Assembly (NCBI GenBank): GCA_023428865.1
Contig: JAEYWT010000147.1
Coordinates: 1 to 32,973, forward strand
Source: Bacteroidota bacterium
GTDB taxonomy: Bacteria > Bacteroidota > Bacteroidia > Flavobacteriales_F > PHOS-HE28
Length of the DNA: 32,973 bases
Reading direction: 5' to 3'
The position numbers and the translations under genes were made by a program. Positions within the stretch are counted from its first letter, which is position 1; each line of letters begins with the position of its first letter. Below, piece by piece: positions 25,713 through 31,764 of this stretch. Below the pieces are notes generated by a model. The model ran no database searches and had not been told where the DNA came from. It worked only from the letters and a program-made list of their open reading frames with translations.

Positions 25713-27044
25713 TCAGATGCGATCGAAGAGTGACTGTGTCCCCGCGTGCAACATGCCTGCGCCCATCACCTCGTTCTTCACGCCGAGCACCTCAGCGATC
25801 GTGGGCACTACATCGGTAACGATACCAACTGGGTTGCCCTCACCACCGATCGAGAGGCTCGTCGGTACGCTCGGTCCGGCCATCATGCCGAACACGCGCA
25901 TGGCATTGGCATCGCTGTGGTCGAAACTGTACCAGTCGTTCTGATCGCGGATGGCGTTGGGTTCGGCGTTGCGACCGCATTCGGGTACCGCGATGATCAC
26001 CGTGTTGTTGGCCATGCCGGGCACCTGGTTCTGTATGTAGTCCCACAGATGGCCTACGGCATGGTCTGCACGGTGCATGGCCGCGAGGTATCCGGTGAAA
26101 CTACTGTGGCAGCCATCTACGCCATCCATATTCACCACGGTAAGGGCCGGCTTGAACCACTTGATCACTTCGCAGGCATAACCCACGGTACGTAGATCAC
26201 CGGCATCGTGTACTGGAGGGTGTGCGATGGTGCCGTTCTGTGTCTTGGTGAACATTTCGGCCATGAAGGCTTTGATGTCCTGCTTCTCTTCAGGTGTGTT
26301 ACCGATGCTCGTGGGCACTGTGCCGTAACGCTCGAAGCTGTTGTCCAGAAAGGCCTTCATCTCGTAGATCGGCTCCAACTGGTCCTGCGGATGATACACC
26401 TTGGCGTTGGCCAGATATTGGTCACCCGCCGGGCCAAAGGTGATGTTCGGTGCGAAGAAGTTGGCTCCGTAACGTGCCCCATAGTTGGGGTTGATGCTGT
26501 AGTTGAGCAAGGGCACACTGTTGCCGATGCCATTGCCCACGAACCAGGTCTTCGTAGCGGGCAATCCGGCATGGCGCCGGAGATACTCGAAGATGGTCGG
26601 GTTGAGCGGCTTCTGTTGCAGGCCTTGTGTGGAAGCGGTGCCACCTTGTAGCAAGGAGTTCAAGCCACCATAGTGACCGGCGTTCACCGCCCGCATTTCG
26701 CGGAATAGGGTGCCCTGCTGTTGTAGGGTCTGCCCGAGGATCGGTTGTATCGGGTTGATCCCGCCGAGGCCGGTGCCGTAGACTATCTTCTGCGGAGGCG
26801 GTGTGCCGTTCAACATGTTGTAGAGTATGTTGCCCTCCACGTTGTCCGTCTGTGCATCGGCTAGATACCGTTGCAGTACACTCTCCTGTTGACGAACACC
26901 ACCGGCGAACATCACCAGCACCACATGTTCGGCCAGCTGCATACCCGATGCAGCGAACAAACGACCGCTGGGCAGGATGTATGGCGCAGCGAACAACCCC
27001 GCGGCGGCGGCACTCGTACGCGTGATGAACTTCCTGCGGTCCAT
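25713..27044 (-). CDS. Tat-signal DUF1501-like protein (alkaline-phosphatase/sulfatase-fold superfamily), divergent
   Basis: Twin-arginine leader MDRRKFITRTSAAAAGLFAAP. VVLVMFAGGVRQQES resembles l.l.GG.S..Dtf. VVNMDGVDGCHSS resembles the GGWDTH position. IIAVPECGRNAEPN...FDHSD resembles GEFGRTP..N..GRDHW. Confidence 0.6.
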   Translation of the reverse strand: MDRRKFITRTSAAAAGLFAAPYILPSGRLFAASGMQLAEHVVLVMFAGGVRQQESVLQRYLADAQTDNVEGNILYNMLNGTPPPQKIVYGTGLGGINPIQPILGQTLQQQGTLFREMRAVNAGHYGGLNSLLQGGTASTQGLQQKPLNPTIFEYLRRHAGLPATKTWFVGNGIGNSVPLLNYSINPNYGARYGANFFAPNITFGPAGDQYLANAKVYHPQDQLEPIYEMKAFLDNSFERYGTVPTSIGNTPEEKQDIKAFMAEMFTKTQNGTIAHPPVHDAGDLRTVGYACEVIKWFKPALTVVNMDGVDGCHSSFTGYLAAMHRADHAVGHLWDYIQNQVPGMANNTVIIAVPECGRNAEPNAIRDQNDWYSFDHSDANAMRVFGMMAGPSVPTSLSIGGEGNPVGIVTDVVPTIAEVLGVKNEVMGAGMLHAGTQSLFDRI

Positions 27045-27056
27045 GGTGGTGTTGGA

Positions 27057-27560
27057 TCAGTAGAACAGGTATTCCTCGCTCAGTGCGAAGGAGAAGTAGA
27101 TCAGTTCGGGTGTCACGTACGGATCCGCAGTGATCGTGTTGCGGAACCAGGTCTTCTCCGCTTCCGTGGGGTTGCGGACCAAGAAGCGGTTATACGTAGC
27201 GGTGATGAAACCGTCCACATCGGCATGCATCTCCTCCTGGGTCGGGATGATCACCCCGGGCTTGTTCATGAAGTTGCTGATGATCACTTCCCGTGCTAGC
27301 TGCTTGTCGCCAATGCTCTGGATGCATTGGTCGATCTTGTACAGATCACCGGGTGAGAGGGCCGTTTGGAACAGGTTGGCATGCAGGATCGCCGCATACT
27401 CCTGGTTGGTCTTCTCACGCTCCTTGTTGCCGCTGTATTGCGCCAGGTCCACCGGCTCCAGCTCGTACACGAACACCTCCTTCTTGCAACTGGCCAGAAG
27501 CAGGGTCCAGGCCAGGAAGAACCCGGCCCTACCGATCATGCTATGGAAGCTGCGGACCAT
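27057..27560 (-). CDS. Lipoprotein with helical DUF1549/DUF4214-like motif units
   Basis: Lipobox ...FFLAWTLLLASC-KKE. Unit FITATYNRFLVRNPTEAEKTWFRNTITADPYVTPELIYFSFALSEEY. Confidence 0.55.
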   Translation of the reverse strand: MVRSFHSMIGRAGFFLAWTLLLASCKKEVFVYELEPVDLAQYSGNKEREKTNQEYAAILHANLFQTALSPGDLYKIDQCIQSIGDKQLAREVIISNFMNKPGVIIPTQEEMHADVDGFITATYNRFLVRNPTEAEKTWFRNTITADPYVTPELIYFSFALSEEYLFY

Positions 27561-27569
27561 GCGCGTGGA

Positions 27570-27701
27570 TCAACGGCGTGCGTGGACCGACTTCTGCGCT
27601 ACAGAGCGTTCGCCTTTGTCGCTGCTGTGGTTGATCACGATCACGGCCAGCACGAGGATCATCACGGCGGCTTGTATCAGGGTGCGGTACTTCGTTTCCA
27701 T
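27570..27701 (-). CDS. Unannotated 43-aa single-pass membrane peptide (below the ORF-track length cut-off)
   Basis: Hand translation: ATG (27699-27701) METKYRTLIQAAVMILVLAVIVINHSSDKGERSVAQKSVHARR TGA (27570-27572). It has a hydrophobic core LIQAAVMILVLAVIVI and a basic tail. The stop lies 9 nt before the next ATG, and a CA-rich spacer precedes the start. Confidence 0.45.
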   Translation of the reverse strand: METKYRTLIQAAVMILVLAVIVINHSSDKGERSVAQKSVHARR

Positions 27702-27719
27702 GGTGTTGAGGGTTCAGGT

Positions 27720-27746
27720 GGTTGTTGTGGTTGTTGTGGTTGTTCT
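27720..27746 (-). repeat. 3 x 9-nt tandem repeat in the intercistronic spacer (mRNA sense AGAACAACC-ACAACAACC-ACAACAACC)
   Basis: The plus strand reads ggttgttgt ggttgttgt ggttgttct at 27720-27746. It lies between the stop of the 307-aa lipoprotein gene (27749-27751) and the small-ORF ATG (27701). Confidence 0.85.
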
Positions 27747-27748
27747 TG

Positions 27749-28672
27749 TCAGCTATTCACCAGGCCGGCATATTCATCGCCGACGAGGATGGCACGTTGC
27801 AAGCGTCGCAGGTCGTGATCGGCCATGAACGCGGTGGTGAGTTGGTAGGCTTCGTATGCACCCGGCTCGCGACCGAGGTACGAGCGGAAGAACAGACGCA
27901 CCAGCCCTTCATGGCCTTCGGCGCTGTTCACGAGGACCTGCAGGTAACCGCCTTTGTTCTGTGCGCTCTGGCCGAAGAGGATGGCACCGCTGTTGTGTTC
28001 CACCATGATATAGGCGGCGTCGAACTCGGCGTTGGTGGGGTAGCGGAAGAGCAGGTTGTCGAAACTCGCGTTGATGAAGTTGAACGCGTTCATATTGATC
28101 TCGTCATACACGTCGTTGAACATCATCCGGCGCGCCATCTCCACGGCATTGATCTGCCCTTCGCGATATGCCACCCGTGCTCCTTTCAGTTGGAGCAGAC
28201 GTTGCAACGCGCTGTTGCTTTCACTGGCGGCAATGGCGTTCCCGCTCAACGAATCGTTCAGTGCGGCTTGTGCGGCATTACCGATGAAACCATCGATCAC
28301 TTCATCGCTCACACCTTCTATGAAGCGGGCTTTGAACTGTTCGTAGGTGCGCTGGGCGTAGGCATGCTTGTACGATGAATCGCCCTGCACGAAGGCCGAG
28401 CTCGTCATCAGCTTGTTCACCAACGCCGTGCGGGCTTCCAACGAAAGACCTCCTGCGTTCAATGCGTTCACCTCGGCGCTCATCTCCGCATCCACCGGTT
28501 CGCGGCCGAGCAGATCGATGAACAAGCGGTTCACGTAATTGCGCACCACCACCGAAGGCACCGCATCGTAGTCCGGCGCCAGTTTGTTCGGTCGCACCAC
28601 CACTTCTTCCTTCTTACAGGACACAAGTAGCAGCACGGCAGCGAACAACGATATGGAAGGGAGCGTGTTCAA
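27749..28672 (-). CDS. Lipoprotein with repeated helical DUF1549/DUF4214-like units; first gene of the cluster
   Basis: Lipobox MNTLPSISLFAAVLLLVSC-KKEE. Units VVRNYVNRLFIDLLGREPVDAEMSAEVNAL...LVNKLMTSSAF and LVRLFFRSYLGREPGAYEAYQLTTAFMADHDLRRLQRAILVGDEYAG. The only in-frame start is a TTG at 28672 and the n-region carries no charge, so the start is uncertain. Confidence 0.55.
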   Translation of the reverse strand: MNTLPSISLFAAVLLLVSCKKEEVVVRPNKLAPDYDAVPSVVVRNYVNRLFIDLLGREPVDAEMSAEVNALNAGGLSLEARTALVNKLMTSSAFVQGDSSYKHAYAQRTYEQFKARFIEGVSDEVIDGFIGNAAQAALNDSLSGNAIAASESNSALQRLLQLKGARVAYREGQINAVEMARRMMFNDVYDEINMNAFNFINASFDNLLFRYPTNAEFDAAYIMVEHNSGAILFGQSAQNKGGYLQVLVNSAEGHEGLVRLFFRSYLGREPGAYEAYQLTTAFMADHDLRRLQRAILVGDEYAGLVNS

Positions 28673-28823
28673 GCTATGGTGACCTGTCTACGCCCCGGGT
28701 TGCGGTGGGTATACAAGTCCTCGATACAGAACATGCCCTGATCGACGAACCTCCTTTCCAAAACGACGGACCCGAACAGTTCCGCTCCTGCCGACCTATG
28801 TGCTCAATGCACACAATAGCCGG

Positions 28824-29111
28824 TCACGTACCCAAATACTCCTTGATCGCCTTCACGTACACCTCGAACGCAGCAATGCCTTTGGGGGTGATGCCACAAA
28901 CCGTGTTGGGGTAATTGTCCTTGAAGGTCTTCCGGACATCGATATAACCGACTTCCTTCAACTTGGTGATCTGCACGCTGAGGTTGCCGCGCGTAGCACC
29001 GGTCTTCTCCAAAAGAAAGTTGAAGTCGCCCTCTTCGAAGGCCACCAACAAGCTCATGATGGCAAGCCGGAGTTGGTTGTGCAACAGCGGATCAAGCGGA
29101 GCGAAGGCCAT
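28824..29111 (-). CDS. Winged-helix transcriptional regulator (HTH_34-like small regulator)
   Basis: MAFAPLDPLLHNQLRLAIMSLLVAFEEGDFNFLLEKTGATRGNLSVQITKLKEVGYIDVRKTF is the typical small wHTH regulator found downstream of a membrane protein in Bacteroidota. ATG at 29111. Confidence 0.75.
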   Translation of the reverse strand: MAFAPLDPLLHNQLRLAIMSLLVAFEEGDFNFLLEKTGATRGNLSVQITKLKEVGYIDVRKTFKDNYPNTVCGITPKGIAAFEVYVKAIKEYLGT

Positions 29112-29679
29112 CTTCCTGGCGTTTGAGCAAGAACCCGGGAACGATGTAGCCCAATAGCATGGCAGCACAATAAAGAGCCGTGAGCAAGCCTGCTTCTTGT
29201 GTGAAATGCATGGCGATGCCGGCGACCCAGAACAGAAGTCCGCCGAGGATCAAAGGGCGAAAACGCATGATCTGTCCGGTAAGGAAGGTGGGTAAGCCGG
29301 TCAACACGGTTATCGTAGGACCGGGATCAACACCATTGCGCAAGGTGCCGAACAAGAGCAACATCATGGTGATGATGAAACTACCCCAGACCCAACCCAC
29401 GATCCGGTCCATGGGATTGGTCGCTGCCTCCTTCTGGGCCGACCGGGCACCGTGGATCGAGCTGATGAGCCCACCGAGAACACCCGCTATTCCCCATGGT
29501 AGACCATGTCGCATGGCCGGGTCGAGATCCGATAACAGGTAAGTGGCCAGCATGGCACCGGTCAATAGCACCCCCCACAAAAGGAAGTAGAAACTGATGC
29601 GGTGAAAGCTCTTCTTCGCCTGGCTGATCATGCTTTCGATCAGCTTCAGGCTTTGCTCGGGGTGCATTTCCGTGTTCAT
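29092..29679 (-). CDS. Multi-pass membrane protein of unknown function, co-transcribed with the wHTH regulator
   Basis: MNTEMHPEQSLKLIESMISQAKKSF, then about 5 TM helices. It overlaps the regulator start by 20 nt. The longer start at 29706 would sit inside the predicted -7 box. Confidence 0.6.
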   Translation of the reverse strand: MNTEMHPEQSLKLIESMISQAKKSFHRISFYFLLWGVLLTGAMLATYLLSDLDPAMRHGLPWGIAGVLGGLISSIHGARSAQKEAATNPMDRIVGWVWGSFIITMMLLLFGTLRNGVDPGPTITVLTGLPTFLTGQIMRFRPLILGGLLFWVAGIAMHFTQEAGLLTALYCAAMLLGYIVPGFLLKRQEDGLRSA

Positions 29680-29699
29680 GGTGAATGAGTTGGATGGCG

Positions 29700-29727
29700 C
29701 AAACATAAACTTGTTTATTGTATAAAC
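29700..29727 (-). promoter_or_regulatory. -7 box TATGTTTG plus overlapping ATAAAC/GTTTAT inverted repeats (candidate promoter and operator)
   Basis: The minus strand reads TATGTTTG at 29700-29707, ending 20 nt upstream of the ATG at 29679. ATAAAC (29705-29710) tt GTTTAT (29713-29718) tgt ATAAAC (29722-29727) forms two overlapping perfect 6-bp palindromes in an AT-rich divergent intergenic region. Confidence 0.4.
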
Positions 29728-29751
29728 CTAATGCGATCGTACTTTTCATTC

Positions 29752-30396
29752 ATGGGAAGCTCCATACTTGTTGCCGGGGCCACCGGACTGGTCGGTAAAG
29801 CGGCGGTACACCATGCCTTGGCGGATCAACGGGTAGGCCGTGTGATCACGTGGGGGCGTCGGCCCCTGATCGGTCTGGAAGAGCGGGTGGAACATTGGGG
29901 CGGTGCGGATCTGCCCTCGGCGCTGAGGCGCGAGCCGGTGGATGCCGTGATCTGCTGCCTAGGCACCACCATCAAGGCTGTGAAGGGCGACAAGCAAGCC
30001 TTCATCCATGTAGACCATGACCTGGTGCTAGCCTTGGGCAATTGGGCCAGCGGCAAAGGCATTCGGTTCTGTGTGGTAAGCGCGCTCGCTGCCGACGCGA
30101 AAAGCCTTTTCTTCTACAACCAGGTGAAAGGACGCATGGAAGATGCCTTGCGGAAACTGGACTTCGCCGCCTTGCACATCTTTCGGCCGTCCATCCTCGA
30201 CGGGCCGCGTACCGAGCAACGAACGGGGGAGCAGGTCGGCTTGCTGGTGATGCGCGCCTTAGCGCCTTTGTTGCCAGCAGCTTCGCGGCCTATGAAGACC
30301 ACCGTGCTCGCCAAAGCCTTGGTGGAAGCGGCGTTGACCAGAACCACCGGCACCCACATCCATACCACGAAGGCGATCCTCGAACTGGCTCGTTAG
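29752..30396 (+). CDS. NAD(P)H-binding (atypical SDR / HTATIP2-like) oxidoreductase family protein
   Basis: Rossmann N-terminus MGSSILVAGATGLVGKAAV. Length is ~214 aa. TACTTTTC (29740-29747) lies 4 nt upstream of the ATG. Confidence 0.6.
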   Translation: MGSSILVAGATGLVGKAAVHHALADQRVGRVITWGRRPLIGLEERVEHWGGADLPSALRREPVDAVICCLGTTIKAVKGDKQAFIHVDHDLVLALGNWASGKGIRFCVVSALAADAKSLFFYNQVKGRMEDALRKLDFAALHIFRPSILDGPRTEQRTGEQVGLLVMRALAPLLPAASRPMKTTVLAKALVEAALTRTTGTHIHTTKAILELAR

Positions 30397-31667
30397 AAGT
30401 TCACCACACGGCCGCGGGCGGTCTTCTCTGCGGTGAACAGTTCGTTGCGCACCGGCTCCTTGAAGGCTTCGAAAGCCGGCATCAACGCCTCGTCGAGGGG
30501 TTCGGTATTGGGGAACTCCTCCTTGCGGTGATCCACTTGCTGGCCGTTCTTCCAGAACCGGAAACACACGTGCGGTCCTGTGGCGAGGCCGGTGCTACCT
30601 ACTTCACCGATCATCTGCCCTTGTTGCACGGCTTGCCCTTCGCGCACCAGGATCTTCTGCATGTGCAGGTATTGGGTGCTGTAAGTGCCGTTGTGGCGGA
30701 TCTTCACGAAGTTGCCATTTCCGCCAGTGCGGCCAGCCTTCTCCACAATGCCGTCGCCAACAGCGAGGATAGGTGTGCCGTACGGTGCCGCGTAGTCCGT
30801 ACCCAGGTGGGCCTTCATCACCTTCTGGACCGGATGTAAACGCTTTCCGCTGAAACCTGAAGTGATGCGGCTGAACTTCAAGGGCGCCTGTAGGAATGCC
30901 TTCTTCAAGCTCTTCCCTTTATCGTCGTAGAACTGCTCCACCCCATCGGCTTGCGCGAACCGGTATGCTTCCTTCACCACGCCGCCACTGATATACCGCG
31001 CCCCTACGATCTCTGGCGAACCATACGGCACACCATCAACGGACTTTTCGCGATAGACCACGGAGAACATATCCTCCTTCTGGATCCGGTAGAAATCCAC
31101 CGTCCATGCGAACACATCGGCTAGTTGCATGGCGAGCTGCGGATCGGCACCAGCCTTGGAAAGATCGTTGTACAAGGCACCGGTTACCGAGCAGGCGATA
31201 CTGCGCTCTTCCACGTGTACCGGGCGTTCGCCCATTTGCACACCCACCTGATCGTGCAGGTGGAACACCACATACCGCACCGGGTCGGCCTCGTACACGA
31301 AGTATTCCGGACTAAGGGTGTTGTCCTCGTCGAAGATGAAAGCGTAAGGATGGCCTGCACGCATGCGGCGCACATCGAAATGCGGCAGTGCCAGTTCCAC
31401 CAGGCCGTGTATGATGTTCTGGTCCACACCACGGGAAGTGAGCAGGCCTCCGAAGGTGTCACCCCGCTTCACTGCGCCATGTTCGAGCACGTAGCCCGCC
31501 ATGGGAATACCGTACGCATCGGGCGGCAGGGGCACGGTATCTTCCATCACCGCTGCTACGGGGTCCGGCGCGTACTGCACGCGCGGCCCTACATCAACGG
31601 CCAGAAAGAAGAACCCTACGGTACAACCCGCAGCCAATACGGCCAATCCCTTCTGCCACAATTTCAT
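30393..31667 (-). CDS. M23 family peptidoglycan metalloendopeptidase with N-terminal anchor
   Basis: HLGTDYAAPYGTPILAVGDGIV (HxxxD), GNFVKIRHNGTYSTQYLHM, and IGEVGSTGLATGPHVCFRF (HxC in place of HxH). Confidence 0.85.
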   Translation of the reverse strand: MKLWQKGLAVLAAGCTVGFFFLAVDVGPRVQYAPDPVAAVMEDTVPLPPDAYGIPMAGYVLEHGAVKRGDTFGGLLTSRGVDQNIIHGLVELALPHFDVRRMRAGHPYAFIFDEDNTLSPEYFVYEADPVRYVVFHLHDQVGVQMGERPVHVEERSIACSVTGALYNDLSKAGADPQLAMQLADVFAWTVDFYRIQKEDMFSVVYREKSVDGVPYGSPEIVGARYISGGVVKEAYRFAQADGVEQFYDDKGKSLKKAFLQAPLKFSRITSGFSGKRLHPVQKVMKAHLGTDYAAPYGTPILAVGDGIVEKAGRTGGNGNFVKIRHNGTYSTQYLHMQKILVREGQAVQQGQMIGEVGSTGLATGPHVCFRFWKNGQQVDHRKEEFPNTEPLDEALMPAFEAFKEPVRNELFTAEKTARGRVVNF

Positions 31668-31680
31668 CGGAGCGCAAGGA

Positions 31681-31720
31681 ACAAAAGGAGAAGCCCCGCT
31701 CCGTTACCGGGCGGGACTTC
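31681..31720 (-). terminator. Rho-independent terminator-like hairpin downstream of the DUF3108 gene
   Basis: Minus-strand RNA GAAGUCCCGC - 11-nt loop - GCGGGGCUUC forms 10 bp with one G-U. The plus-strand equivalent has an A-C mismatch. The hairpin is followed by UCCUUUUGUUCC. Confidence 0.5.
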
Positions 31721-31764
31721 CTTTCCACGGAGGTATGTTCACCTGTGGGGAACACACCCGCTCA

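Noticed and set aside
24847-25944. 365-aa plus-strand ORF
   Set aside because: It is antisense to the PSCyt-like lipoprotein gene and the DUF1501-like gene. It has no signal peptide or motifs, and it would break the tightly coupled minus-strand gene series.
27720-27746. The 9-nt tandem repeat as a CRISPR array or a phase-variation frameshift switch
   Set aside because: There are only three contiguous copies with no spacers. It lies in an intercistronic non-coding spacer, and the unit length is a multiple of 3, so it cannot shift a reading frame.
27130-27828. 232-aa plus-strand ORF with a poly-Val run (VVVVVVVV), and overlapping ORFs at 27293-27818
   Set aside because: The poly-Val run is simply the plus-strand reading of the GTTGTTGTG tandem repeat. 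The ORF is antisense to two lipoprotein genes and the small TM ORF.
27057-28672. The idea that the 167-aa and 307-aa proteins (plus the gap) are fragments of one frameshifted PSD/DUF1549-type pseudogene
   Set aside because: Each ORF begins with its own complete lipoprotein signal peptide and lipobox, and the spacer contains an intact small ORF. This argues for separate functional genes.
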